A stretch of DNA of 64,000 nucleotides from Dipteris shenzhenensis (GCA_047967505.1 CM106538.1), one strand, 5' to 3'. Counted from the stretch's first letter, positions 24,062 through 38,400 are shown. Notes: a model not told the origin generated them from the sequence alone. A program made the numbers and translations.

Positions 24062-25805
24062 TGTTTACCATATTGGTCCCACCTCAAGATCAATCACTTG
24101 CTTGATCCCATGCATATCTTCAAGAATGTGGCATCTACCATTTGGGAGCATTTGAATGGGACACGAGATTCCGTAGGCATAAGGGAGGATCTACGTACCA
24201 CAGGGAGGATGCGTGAAGCTTGGCCACAAGAGAGACCAAATGGGCGTGTTTTTTTACCTTGTGCACCGTGGAGGTTATCAAAGCTAGAGATGGCGGCAGT
24301 GAAGCGCCCTATTACTACAATTTGTACTCCCACTGGATTGCATGAGGTGTCTGAAGGGGGCCTTTACAAAGAGCAAGAAAAGAGGTGTAGAGCAATTATA
24401 TGGCTTGAAATCTCATGATTGGCACAAGATGCTCCAAGTAAGTATTTTATGTGCATAATATCTTTTTCCTTTCAAATTTGTGAGTGAATAATTATAAGCA
24501 ACTAATCAACCACCTCCTCGTGGGTTCAGCTCATACTACCTACTAGCATTTCTCGTAGTGCATCGAAGGACGTGAAGGATTGTATTTACAAGATGGGCGA
24601 GCTTGTGAGGTACTTTACATGATACAAAAATGATGCGTATCAATGCTCCATGCAAGGTGTTCATATTGCTAATATGGTGTACTTTTTCATTTCTAGGTAT
24701 GTGAGCTCAAAGGAAATAGATCCCACCATGCTTGAGAATGCTCGAGTTATGTCAGTGGAGGTGGTTTGTTTAGTGGAGGAGACATTTCCACGTTCTATTC
24801 TCACAAGCCAACTACATCTTATAGTGCATTCGATAGATGAGATTGCTATATGCGGTACTATACATGCACGATGGTTGTTCTTCCTCGAGCGCTTCATGAA
24901 GACCTTGAAGGGCTTCGTGAGACAAAATGCAAGACCCGAAGGTAGCATGGCCGAGGGTTGGTTGGTACAAGAGTCACTTGTATATATTTCTGAGTTTCTT
25001 GTTGATGTGGATAGCTCTCTCCCACAACTATGGAGAGATGATGAAGACCTAAGGATGACCTCTATTGTGCCTGAAGGAAAAGGACGCAACAAAGAATAGA
25101 CACGGAGTTGCTTAATAATATCAACCTCTATTGCGTGCTTAATAGTGATGTGATGAAAAGATGGGTGACAAGATACAAGGATGCAAAGGCAAGAAGACAA
25201 GAAGAAAGGGCCCTCTTTCGTACACACCACGGATCTCGTGTGCCATACCCTCAGTATCTAAGAGCACTTCCAAAGGATATTCATGTGGATTGGCTACTTG
25301 ACGAAATGGAGAAAGCAGAGAAAGATGAGGGGATGCATATTACAATGGAAGAATGGGAGTATGCTAGGGGATGCATGAGCAAGGTCGGTATATAGAATGT
25401 TATGCATAAGTTAGGAGCTTTCAATAATTTAGATTGCTTATTTAATTGATTTTTTCTTGGTGTAGTGCACTATGTTCAATGCTATATGGTGTGAGGGCAA
25501 GCATTTTCGAACATAACGGATTGATGATAAGAGAAACACACAAGATTGCGGCGTCATTGCTGGCTTTGAGCGAGCCAATGGAGCCATGGATGATTATTAT
25601 GGCATAATCCAAGATATTATTAAGCTTGACTTTCGATGCTTCTTTGTGTATGTTTTGGATGTAAAGTGGTTTAAGGACGTGGTGGAAAGAGGCCCTAATG
25701 CAACAATCAAACGCCATGCAAGTGGCTTTGTAACTATTGACTCCACAAAGTTTTGGCAAAGTAGGAAGGACACACTAGTACTACTGCAACAATGTGAACA
25801 GGTAC
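24062..25805 (+). pseudogene. Family B TnpD transposase, 3' part
   Basis: LDPMHIFKN, GLKSHDWH, HARWLFFLERFM, LVLLQQCEQV; frameshift and stops; last exon missing. Confidence 0.88.
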
Positions 25806-26029
25806 AAGAGGTCTAAAGCATCTCAACTCAAATAAATACATTTGTTCATGCTACAAGAGGTCTAAAGCATCTCAACTCAAATAAATATGTAAGGAACCAG
25901 TAATTGATTGATTAAGAACATCCATGGTCCAAATCAACGTCAAATTCCACTGAGAATAGTTCCACATAGTAAATGTTCACTCATTTACATCTTTAGCTTG
26001 TACACAGGTGACTCTACTTTCTGCATGGT

Positions 26030-27790
26030 TAATGCCTTGTAGGATGCCAGCAACGGATTTGACATTTGGTCCCTCACATCTCTTTATTATTTTTTCTAAA
26101 TCGCCAATCAAATGTTTTCTTATTCTCATGGCTAATCCTGTAAAGACTTGGTTGCAAAAGTTTCACTTCCACTTTTGACGCCCTAACATTGTAACAAAAT
26201 CCTACGGTTTTGCAACACTTTGGCCTCTTCCTTGAGTCTTGTTTGGCGGTTCATGTTGGCCTACCCTATCTTCTCTGTCTGCCATGGTTGCTGTACATGT
26301 AAAAGAGAAAAACTATCTCAATTCATTAATATGTTTTCAGCAACTTAAGACAATGTGACTAACATGTCATCAAAAACTAATGTAAGTTTGCTAGACCTCA
26401 AGAGAGAGCAACCATCCAATCATCTTGCCCCCTCATAAATGGATGGTTATAGTCGTCATAATCTACGTGCAGAAATAGGCGTGGGATGGTAGGTTTCCTT
26501 TTTCCATGTCCCACTCTTTCTCGAGTAAGCATCTATCTGCACTATGATCATTCGCAACATCATGCTTTGTATGCGAATGTTGGTATTTCACACACACTAG
26601 TGCAGTAACCAACAATACCTACATGTGTACTTATCAAGACCCTTTGTTTGAATCTACGAAGTGAAGGATGCTAGCTAGGTTAGACATATCTAACATAAGT
26701 TTAGACATACATTTTATACCTATATATGATCAACTAATTGTTCTGAGATAAGATACTATTAATATACGCACATAAATGCATAGTATAGAATGCCACAAAT
26801 TTCTTCTTACAAGCAAACTAGTATAGTCTGTAACGATCTCTAGCATGTAATTTGCGGGTTGATAGAAGATGGCAATTGCAAGCTACACAGCCGGCTAGAC
26901 TTTCAACGAGTTGCTATCAGCTCACGAATGCAAGCCACAACCGGCGAAAGCCAAGTATTTTCATCTTCCTATTACCTAATAAGTACATATAAACTATAAT
27001 ATATCATTTCCAATTTCTTATCCATGTGCGAGTAGTTACTAATCGGCATATGAGGACCACCCACTGGCACATGGTTCGAAGGTATTTTGTATCCATATGC
27101 GAGTAGTTACAAGCTGTCGGCATACACGGACTCTCCACTGGTACATAGATACTTACATTCAATCTCATATATATATTTTTACTAGTTTTTTGTAACCTAT
27201 AGGCTATATAGCTAGTAACATACCAAAAAATGTGAGATTTCACTAAATTTTAAAAGCTAATGTCTACGAAAAAAACTTTCTTTTCTTATATTTTTGTGAA
27301 AATAACTTCAAATATATTTTAAAGAAAACATTCTTTAAAAAATAATCCTTTCAAATTACAAACGATAAACCATCAACTGAGAGCTACGCATTTATCCATT
27401 TTGCATCCTAGTGTGGGTAGATATCAATTGGTTTAAGCGAGCCCACCATTGACATTGGACACTTTTTGAAAGGATATAAAAACTCACAAATTAGCTTGGA
27501 AGCTTTCTTTATCCCTTTTTTCTTGTCCTTCTTTGTTTTTTTCGACACTCCAAGCAGAGCTAGATTCTTGGGAATGTAAACAGTACGAAAACGCTGCAAA
27601 GTATATATAAGAAATTGCATTGCGCAATATGTACCAAAAACCCGTGCGGTACATGAAGCAGACCGTGTAGTATATACATCACCGCATGGTATAGGTAAAC
27701 ATCGGGCAGTATACCTACCCTTGTACCGCACGGTAAGTGGTTTTATCACGTGATAACTGGCTGCAACCGGTCCTGGTAAAAAAACGTGAC
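26030..27790 (-). mobile_element. Decayed hAT element 5' part (BED finger at 26030-26285, candidate terminus near 27788)
   Basis: Manual translation KWK*NFCNQVFTGLAMRIRKHLIGD...KRCEGP resembles 884-1180; the reverse strand at 27788 reads CACGTTTTTTTACCAGGACCGG, which looks like a hAT end; no TSD found. Confidence 0.45.
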
Positions 27791-29404
27791 AAGGCCGGTT
27801 TAAATTGCTCCAAGGGGGGTCAAAAAGCATTTAAAATGTTTTAATTTACAGATCTAAAACACCCGTTTTAATCCCAATGGATTCACAAGGGGAAACTTAT
27901 GATATCACATGAGTGTACAATAGGGTTTTTTTTAAAGATGAGGCATAAGCTTATACATTAGGGGTGGGGGGCCTTGACCTCTGTGGGGGAGAAGAGGGAG
28001 GGGTGTAGGGAAATACAGGTTTTTACCTCCTAAACATAAAAAATACACACATACACATTTGACTAGTCATGTACCAAGTGTGCATGAACTAAGCCCAACC
28101 TATGGCTAGTGTTAGGCCATGGTAAGGAAACGAATGAATATTACCCATTGTTGAATATTTGAAGATGGTCTAATCAATATCATTTAAATTTTCTTATGGT
28201 CTAATCTAAATAATTGAGAAAGAACATAGATTTAAGGAAAGCGGGGACATAGTACGCTTTTGGTGGTACCCTTTCAAGCTTATAGGGGTGTTTTATTATG
28301 CTACATGGACCGTATATAGGGGGTTTTCTTGAAGTTCATGCACGCAGGTGACGTCCCCCTTGTACTAAGAGTGAATCCCTGGAGTTTTAATTCCCTCGCA
28401 AATTCATGAGCTTAATTAATGTGATTGTGGAAGTTGTAGATTAAATTCAGTTTTTAGCATGTGATCTTTGTTTGCATTTTTAAAAAATGTGGGATCATTC
28501 TAGTAGGAGCATTAGATTGAAAGCTATATATTTTTTAAAGAAGATGAAAAATGATGAGGAATCTTCTTGGAATCTTAGAATCCTATAGCGTGTGAGGCAC
28601 AAAGTCGAGAGAATAAAACTCCTAAGACTTTCTTCTCCGAGTGGCCAAACTTTTAAAAAATTCAAGTGCAAAGTAGCTCTTTCTCATTTGTACTAACAAT
28701 GCTCAAAGTCAAGAGAGTATAATTATAATTGTGCTATATTCGAGAATCGAGAGCTTTGGTTTCTTGTGGTTTTGATATGCGCTACGGTTCAAAAAGATTG
28801 ATGCTCTGCCGATTATCGATGCTTGTAGCCAGAAGACGGAGGAAGCTGACCATGGTTCTTTCAACGACAACGACATAAGAGCGACCTGGAAAAATTATGA
28901 GAGAAATTCACAAAGAAACGTGAGGTGGCTGATAATTGGCTTGCTACAGGTGAGAAGTTAGAGTATGAAGGGGTAGAGACAGGGGGCTGTTTTGATGTGC
29001 TTGAACATGGAAGAGATCGACTTGGGCGGAAGCGTGAACGCAGGCGGTCTACATATGAAAGGGATTATTTCCTCTTCAAGGTAGCGAGTTGAGAGTAAAA
29101 CAAACCGTACAGTCCTACAGTGAAGCAAGCTTCAACCGAGTTTCATTAGCTTCATCCAAGCGAGTTGAATCAAACGTTGCGCCGAAACTCGTACTCACGC
29201 GTACGTAGTGTTTTGAACAGCATCTTCATAAGGAATTGTCTGTATGCCTTCCTCCAAGGAGTCCACGCCTCCAAGCCTGCCTTTCCGCTGCCGAATATTC
29301 ATTGTTTTTCTTGTATATGTATCATGGAGCTTCTTCTTTTCTTGACAAGCGCAGAGCTCCGCACCCAAACTTTCCTTTCCCCTTCCTCCCTCACATCCCC
29401 CACC

Positions 29405-32400
29405 ATGATTTCCGAAGTCGCTGCTTGGGGTGTGGCTTTCGCAGCTGTCGCCTTTTACTCCGTCATCCAGCTGCTCAAGAACATTAACAGCTGGATCTAT
29501 GAACCCAAATTGAAAGATGGGCAACCCCCGCTTCCTCCCGGCAACATGGGTTGGCCCGTCTTCGGTAACATAGTTGCCTTCCTCAGAGCTTTCAAGTCTG
29601 GAAACCCTCAAGCCTTCATCGGGAGATACGTCGCCAAGTGAGTGTGCTCCTGTCCAACAGACTCGCTCATATGTGGAATCATTAGCAAGGAAAGATGGAT
29701 TAATCTTATCGATAGATGGAGCGCATTGCCCGCCTTTCGACGTTCGGTAACCAGGAGGATTTTCCTTTTATGTGTTCGATAGCCGCTGTGACAGAGGTTT
29801 CTTTTTCGGTTGACGTCATTACTGTGGGAATACACAGAGTTGTGCGCATACGAGTAGAAACCGTTCTATATTCATTGATGATAGCTCGATTACATAGATG
29901 TGCCCATGACGGTTGACAACGGTTGTGCCGATTGGCATCACACCGTAAGTGTGTATAAATGTAGGACTTTACGGCTTAATTCCTACACTCCCCCTTAAGA
30001 CGAAAAGTCTTATGAGTAATAGAGCTAGGATTATTGTGCAGAAAGAGATGCACCCCCACTTTGGTGTGGTGCTTCGCATGGTTTTTTCTATATGCTATAA
30101 TAATTACAAGTATGCAATGCAATCTATCCAGGATCCAGTTCAGCATGGATTATTAGCAACATAATCAATTTTGTGTTTAGTTTTCTTCTGATAACTCCGG
30201 TATCATCCACTATCTTCATTTCTAGAGCTTGTCTTTTGATCTTCATTTCTCGATCTTGACTGCAAATACTCCCCTTCAAGTGAGAGAAAATGAATAATTG
30301 TAGAATAAATAACATACTGCTCTTCACTGTGTCAATATCATTGCTGAATTTTTGGATTCTAGTCGTATAGTTGCTTATGAGCATAATAACCAGTTTCATA
30401 TATTCTTCTTTTTCAGCTTTTCTTGGTGGTTCTGATTGATCATTATTACTTTCTTCACAAACATGTGCATGCATTTCTTGATCCGTCATTGCAAAACTAA
30501 GAAATTGGCCATCTTGGGCTCTAATAGAGAAAGCATCTGCAGCAACTTCAGTGACTAGTACACGATCTCCCCCCACTTCAGCAAAATTATAGGCTAGACC
30601 ATTTCTGATTGCGCCGTGGAATTTAGGATCTTTGTCTGCAGGTACTAGATAATTGTGTTTGCGTGATTACACAGGCACAAGATCATCTAGATCATCAATC
30701 TAGCTATGGGCTTCTCCGATTTCAGTACATCCATCAACATCTTTATATGGTTCAGCTAAAAGATCGTATTCATGAACTTCATATTCATCTCCATGATCAG
30801 CCTTGGAGCCCTCCTTAGAATCTCCCTCTCATTCTCTGCCAAGATGTTCTTCATGTGAATCATGTCCTTGGGCTTGGTGTCCTTTGTTGCATGCGATGTT
30901 CACTGGCTCTTTTGCTTGTTGGAATTGCTCCAAATCAAGGCTTTTCTCAAATTTCTCCCCAGGATGAAACTGAGTGCCGATGGTAAGACACAAATGTAGG
31001 GAAGTCTTTCTTTTCACCCTCCAATAGGGCCTTTTCATCTTCTGCAACAGGATTATGAGGGGGAAGGCGTGCACTCCTTTGACATCATTAGTATATTCAA
31101 AATGCATGGATGAAAATTGAAATTGTTTACCAGGATCGCCATGTTGTGGCTTGGATTCGTTTTGTAGTTTCCCTTCTATGAGTTTTTGCAAGTCTCCTTT
31201 GCACGTATCTCCTTTTGTGGGTTTGTGGTGGTCTCGAAGCCCGTCTTTGCCATTTTTGGGCAGGGGTTCTTCTCCTACTTTTGGCCGGAGGGTGCCTTCT
31301 TCTCCATCCTTATGGACGATCAGGGACTGCATGCCCTGCTTTTCTCGTATTTGAGGCTGGAGTGAGCCTATTTCTGGGTCTTCTCGCCCATTTCCTCGAC
31401 TATTTGAGGGCTGGTGTCCTGCACCTATTAATGCTCCTCTGGCCGGGATCTCGCCTTGCTCTTCGACTCCTCTTTCTATGGGCGGGAGGTTGCCTCTGTG
31501 CAGGACTGCATTATCTGCATTTGCTTCTTCATTGAGGAGAATCAACAGGACATGCCTGTGGCAAAAGCGTGGCTAGTTTGGGCCCCAGCTGGCCTCTGAT
31601 ACCATGTGGGAATACACAGAGTTGTGCGCATACGAGTGGAAACTGTTGTATATTCATTGATGATAGCTCGATTACATAGATGTGCCCATGACGGTTGACA
31701 ACGGTTGTGCTGATTGGCATCACACCGTAAGTGTGTGTAAATGTAAGACTTTACGGCTTAATTCCTACAATTACGACGATGCCAAGATTTCTTCGAGAGC
31801 AGTAAATGGACGGAAAGAGCAAGGGGGTGATTGAAATTTGAATGTTTTTGGCATGGTCGTGATGTGGCCCTTTATTTGCGGGCCTGAGTGAAATAGACGC
31901 GATGCTGGACTTTACAAGCGATTTTCCAACCTTGCAGGTACAACAGGATTGGCGTCTATAAAGCCTTTATGTTTGGCCAAGCCACTGTGCTTGCAACAAC
32001 ACCAGAGGCTTGCAAACTCGTCCTCACGAATGACGACCTTTTCGTCACTGGTTGGCCAAAAGCCACCATAAAGCTAGTAGGAAAGAAAGGATTCACTTCT
32101 CTTGGGCCAGAGGAGCACAGACGCCTTCGCAGGCTCACTGCTGCATCGATTAACGGACTTGATGCTTTTCAGAGGTATCTACCACGGATAGAGAAAATAT
32201 CCAGAGCAGCGCTTGAGTCTTGGGCGGATAGGGATCGAATCGCCTTCCTCCCCGAAGTTAAGAAGGTTATATTTCTAGAATCAAGATCTATCGCGATCTG
32301 TCTGTAAAAAGGGCCTATATCCTACTCATCTTGGCAATGCTTTTCTTGCAGGTAACGTTCGGTGTCATTGCAGACAGTTTCTTAAGTCTTAAAGCTGGCA

Positions 32401-35400
32401 AAACTAGCGATGCTATTGAAAAAGAGTATCACGACCTGAACTTGGGTCTCCGTGCTTTGGCGATCAACTTGCCAGGAACAGCATACAACAGGGCGCTCAA
32501 GGCAAGTACACGATCAATAGAATACGGACGCTAGGATGAATATATTGTTAGGAATTGAATTGAAAGAAAGAGAAGAGAAGAAGGCAGTGCATGCATGCGA
32601 GATAGAGAGAGTCATGAGCAAGGAAGGAACACGAGAGACAGAAAAGAGATGATTTATTATGAACGTCGGGATGAACTATATTGACGACTGAGTCGTGCGT
32701 TATTCTGTTAGGAAGTTACGTAATGGAGGCATGCATGCGCGCTCCATATTACGTGTTTATTGCTTTACACAACTTAGGATTAATATTCCAATAGCCCCCC
32801 TTAACTCCTAAGTTGTGTGACTCGAAGGATTCAGCTACTGCCAGCTCATTCAGATCCACCGACAACACTCCGAGTGTTGAGGGCTGGGAAGTGCTTTGGT
32901 CAGAACGTCAGTGATCATCGATTTGGTTGGAACGTACCTAGTGAGACCACGCCTTGATCAACATAATCTTTCACGAAATGAAACTTTAAGTCAACATGTT
33001 TTGTGTGGTCACTCTGAGTAGTAGTGTTGTAGATCGCAATGCAGGACTAGTTATCACTATGTAGAGTAAAGGGAAGCTTTAGCGGAAATCCAAGCTCTTG
33101 AAGGATACCTTTAAGCCAAGGCCCATCAGATAATGTTGCTGCGACCGCTAAGTACTCAGCCTCTGCCGTAGAGATGGCCATAGTAGGCTGCTTCTTGGAA
33201 TACCAGGTTACGGGACCAACAACCATCTGATAGACGTACCCCGTGGTGGATTTATGTGTGTCAATGTCACCTCCCCAATCGGCGTCGCACCAGCCCGTGA
33301 GTTTGAGCTCGTTGGTAGATTGGTACATGATGCCAACCTTTTGAGTGTGGATGAGATATCGTTTGCGTGTTTGATAGGCATGGTGGTTCGGCCAAAAGGG
33401 TACAGTCCACGATGACTCTGAATGGTGTACTCAAGAGGTGAGTCCTCAGAGGAATTTGTGATGACGTATTTGTTACCTCTGAAGTCAAGCATGTAGCCCT
33501 CAGCTGTGAGTGCTGACACATAGATAAGGCTTTTGCAAAGCTTTGGAACCAGCAAGATGCCATAAACTCCAAGGACGGGGCCTGTTGTGAGTTGCACTTG
33601 CACCGAGCCAGCACCGGTGGCCTCAATCGGATGATCATCACCCAGATAGACCAAGATAGGGGATGGGTATGATTTTGAAATCATCAAGCCATTGCGCCTG
33701 TGCAGTCATATGTCGTGTAGCTCCGGTGTCGTTGTACCATTCTGTGTGATTAGCCTCAGTTTGAGTACTTGGTTCAGTTGTGGCATAGAACAGTCGCATT
33801 GGTGGTGTTTTTTTTGTGGCGACATTCGATTGATGGTCCTATGACTTTGGCTGCCAAGTTGTAGGACGACCGTTGTCGCTAGGAAACTTACGAAAACCTT
33901 TTCGAGCGTTTGTCTAAAAGTTGCCCTGAGAGGGTGTTGGGAGTAATGGAGGCAGGTTCCTCTGTGATGAATTGTTGTGCATTCGTGTGTTACCCCTGCA
34001 AGGCTTTCGATTGAAGCGGTTGTTCTTGGCCTAAACAAACAAAGCGGTGCGTTGGGAAGGGGATGACATGAGATTGTCCTTGTGTCTTCGCATCGTGTCT
34101 TCCTGGAGGATCTTCCCAAGTAGCAGGGATCTTGAGGCCTGCCTCAACCGTTTTATCAAGGAGTCCTTGCCAACGATCCAGGAAGTCAGGGACAGATTCA
34201 TTTTCTTCAAGCTGTTGAAACAAGAGCTTTCTATGAGCATGGACCTGTGTGGAGATGTCCACATGATCATATGAAGTCTTCAACCGGTCCCAGTTGGAGT
34301 TGTGAATCACCGCAATGCAAGATGATATCAGAATGGGCTTTAGCATTGGCTAGGATCCAAGCTTTCTCAGCTATCACATCGGTCGATCCAGGGTTGACGT
34401 ATGTGCCGGTGACTATGGTCCAGAGATTCGAGCGTTGAAGGAGGGCTTTCATTTTGATCGACCACAGTCTGTAATTGGCGTTTGTCAATTTGTCGATATT
34501 GTAGACTCGTTTGGTCAATTTAGAGGTCGAGGCCATGTTTCTGACAAGAAGTGGAGATCATGATCGGTTGAGTCGCTTAAGCAGAAGGGCGAAAGCGTAT
34601 TGGTGCAGGAGGGAGATGATTTCTTCCCAGACGGTCTCCCAATAAGGAAGGAAGCAATAGAGATCGACTTGGGCGTTGGTCGTACGAGGATCGAAGTTGT
34701 CTATAGACATGAAGTTGGAGGGAGCAAGCAGAAGGAAAGAGGGGCCAACCGAAGGCGTCACGAACGGTGACCTCTTGATACCATGTTAGGAATTGAATTG
34801 AAAGAAAGAGCAGAGTGTTCGATTATGAACTTCAAACGTTGAACATACAATTGCAATCAAACAAGGACGAAGACAAACCTAGAGAGGGAGAGAATGCAAC
34901 GTTGATCGCATGTTTCTATTGATTGAGATCGTTGCATATATAAGCTTGACGTAACTACCAGCCGGTGGATTTTACAACTGATTGCATGCCATGCTCCCCC
35001 AACGATTCACATCTCTCAACGTAGCTTTTCAAAATCCTAATCTAACATTGTGTTTATTGCTAATAGTGATTGACTTAGCTTATTCTAACATCCTCCCATA
35101 AGTCAATATCAAACTGACAACCTATCTGACAATCTAACAATCTTCTGAAAGTTTCACTCGAGAATAATTTCAGAGTGGAGTCTTTCTCCATCGAGGCTGC
35201 ATTTGCTTCGCTCCTCCCGGTCTTCAAGTCCTCCATCTTCTTCCGACAATTGCGAGCAAAATGTCCGTATTTCCCGCAATAGAAGCACTCCCTCTTGCTC
35301 ATGTCCACTTGGGAAGAGCTGCTTGCATTCCAAGCGCTTGGTACCTCCTTTTTCTGGCCTTTCTTCTTGAACCGGCTTCCTGCTGCATAGAGGGCCATTG

Positions 35401-38400
35401 GTGTAGTCAGGCCTTATGCTTTCTGGCGTTGTTTTTGCCTGATCTCGTCTTGAAGGAGAATTGTTGTGAGATCTTTGAACTTCATCTCTTCGGTGACAGC
35501 GCTGAGCATAACATTCAAATGATCGTAAGATTCTGGCAAAGTATTCAAGAACATCATGCAAACCTCATCTTCGGGAATGGTGGTTCCGATTGATGCTAGT
35601 TGATCAATGAAGGCTTTCAGCTTCAAAAGATTATCTTCAATGCCCATTTCCATGTTGATCACCTGACGCATTTTGAAGCCATGTCTGCCGGTGTGGCAGT
35701 TCACACTACCTGGTGGACAAACTTTATACAAACTAAGAAACAATAATGGCATGCAAAATTGATTGCCTTGATGAGAAGGAATTCAAAGTACCCGTTCCCT
35801 CATCGTGAGTTCAATGCCCAATCAGTCTGTCTCGCGGCTTTTTTTTCAGCCCGCCATCTTATGGGAGGCTTTCAACCCACGGACAAATATTTTTGGCTAA
35901 CATGTCCTTGCCCCATATGCTATTGGTCCATCTTGACTAACATGTCCGGGCGCGCATATGCTATTGGTCCAAGGCTGCTCGCACCCCTTCAAATTGCATT
36001 GCGGAACATGGCCGCTGGGTAGTCTGAACCTTGCCTTACATAGGTTTCGTAGAGAGCTGCAAGCGTGTCCTGCTATTGGGCCCCCTTCAAATTGCATTTC
36101 GGAACATGGCCGCCGGGGTAGTCTGAACCTTGCCTTAGATAGGTTTCGTAGAGAGCTACAAGCGTGTCCTGCTATTGGTTCAAGGGTGCTCGCGCCCCTT
36201 CAAATTGCATTTCGGAACATGGCCGCCGGGGTAGTCTGAACCTTGCCTTAGATAGGTTTCGTAGAGAGCTGCAAGCGTGTCCCAGACTTCTTTTGAAGTC
36301 TGTGCGTTGCTCACATGTAGCAATTGATCGTTGACTAGATTACGATAAATCTCTTGCCTTGCCTTTTTTATCTTGTCGCTCCCACACAGCCAACTCGACT
36401 GCCTCCTCTTTCGGAGGCTTTGGATCGTCTCCAGTAACGATCTTCCATACTTCCTTTCCTTGTAGAATGCGTATCTTCCATGTGTGGAAGTTCTGGCCAT
36501 CGAATCGGTCTATCAGGCGAAGAATTGAGGGCTCCATATCTTTCGTTGAGAGATCTCTACGCTGGAGCATTCACTTCATTCGCCTGTGTCAACGTTCAGC
36601 GCTGGCATCACCCTCCATTGTCAAAGTAGAGCATTTGGCAGCCGTCAGGCTCAGGAGGGAACTACAAGCTCTGATACCATGTTCGATTATGAACTTCAAA
36701 CGTTGAACATACAATTGCAATCAAACAAGGACGCAGACAAACCGAGAGAGGGAGAGAATGCAAAGTTGATCGCATGTTTCTATTGATTGAGATCGTTGCA
36801 TAACCAGCCGGTCGATTTAACAACTGATTGCATGCCATGTTCCCCCAACGATTCACATCTCTCAACGTATCTTTTCAAAATCCTAATCTAACATTGTGTT
36901 TATTGCTAATAGTGATTGACTTAGCTTATTCTCACACAGAGAAGAGGGGAGTGCATGCATGCGAGATAGAGAGTCATGAGCAAGGAAGGACGGAACACGA
37001 GGGAGTGCATGCATGCGAGATAGAGAGTCATGAGCAAGGAAGGAAGGAACACGAGAGACAGAAAAGAGATGATTTATTATGAACGTCGGGATGAACTATA
37101 TTGATGACGGAGTCGTGAGTTATTCTGTTAGGAAGTTACGTAATGGAGGCATACATGCGCGCTCCATATTACGTGTTTATTGCTTTACACAAACTTAGGA
37201 TTAATATTCCAATATATACTATCTGAAATTTTAACGACCTTTGAACAGGCACGCGAAAAGCTAATTGGCTATCTTCAAAAGCTCATAGATGAGCGGAAAG
37301 TGAGCAAGGAAACCAAGCACGACGTGCTGCAAGACCTACTTGACGCAGAAGATGAACAGGGTAGCCGTCTCACAGACGAAGAGGCTATTGATATCATCAT
37401 CATGTACCTTAATGCTGGCCACGAATCTTCAGCGCACACTTGCATGTGGGCTATGCTACTTCTGTACAAGAACCCAGATGTGTATCAGAGAGCCTTGGTG
37501 AGTATATATCTATCCAATGAGCTTCTGTATTGTTTCTCACTCGGATGTTTGAGAGAACCAATCACAGTTTCGATCTGTAAATCTTCTTTCTGAAGTTTGA
37601 ATTTGAGAATACCTAGATTTCGATGATAGCTGAAAACAGAGTGAATAGAATGACAGATAGGTTGCGTTCCTTTAACTTTACAGGATGAACAGTTGAAAAT
37701 ACGAGAAGATAAGAAGCCCGGCGAGCCCCTTACTTACGCAGAATACCGGCGGATGTCATATCTTTCCAAAGTGAGTGAAAATGCACATTGTACATGGATT
37801 GCTTATCATCGTCCGCTACTCCGTTGCAAGCGTTTTTATTGGCGTAAGATGGTGCAGGTCATCGACGAGACCCTTCGAATTATCAATCTTGCTCCTATGG
37901 TTTTCAGAAAGACACTTAAGGATGTGACATTCAACGGTAAGAAACAGTATGCCTTTTTCCAATGCAGCCCGCCTGAACTGTATTCACTGCCAATCACGAA
38001 ATGCAGTTTGCTAACAGATAGCAACGATGGCTTCAGGATATACTATACCCAAAGGATGGCACGTGCAATGCTGGATGAGGCAAGTTCATCTAGATCCTGA
38101 AGTTTACCCAGATCCGTTCAAATTCGACCCCGATCGATGGGAGGTAGGGCAACCTCGACCGAAACCACCTCAGCTAGGATTATGTTGCCAATTGACGATT
38201 TTGTGTTCTTGACAAACAATTTGTGTTGTTGTTCCTATAGAACTTCACACCCAAGGCTGGGATGTATTTACCATTTGGAGCAGGCAGCCGGCTCTGCCCA
38301 GGGAAAGATCTTGCAAAGATGGAGATTTCAGTCTTTTTGCACCTCATGATTTCGTGTTTCACGTAAAGATGAAGCTCTAACTCCTTGGAGTTTAACATTG

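Larger units (their letters stand above)
1251..25805 (+). mobile_element. CACAA-terminus CACTA-superfamily element (family B, copy 1), interrupted by 6513-24058 and truncated at its right end
   Basis: Starts CACAACAAGACAAAGCA, matching the 46666 end; AGACGC-type subterminal repeats 1270-1555; ORF2 on -, TnpD on +; similarity to the 40282 copy stops near 25805. Confidence 0.85.
32546..37214 (-). mobile_element. Deleted Copia element (gag, protease and RNase H remnants; no integrase or RT) in KAO intron 3
   Basis: LTRs 32546-32793 and 34784-37214 (split by an insertion); PBS TGGTATCAAGAG; IDKLTNANYRLWSIKMKALL, VYLGDD, GWCDADWGGD; TSD TATAT/TATAC. Confidence 0.88.

Noticed and set aside
26595-26610. 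CACTAGTGCAG as another CACTA terminus
   Set aside because: No partner end, TSD or subterminal repeats found.
29165-29404. N-terminal extension of the KAO ORF from a TTG start
   Set aside because: A non-ATG start is unlikely in a plant nuclear gene; the ATG at 29405 directly precedes the membrane anchor and gives a normal P450 length. The ATG at 29324 cannot be excluded.
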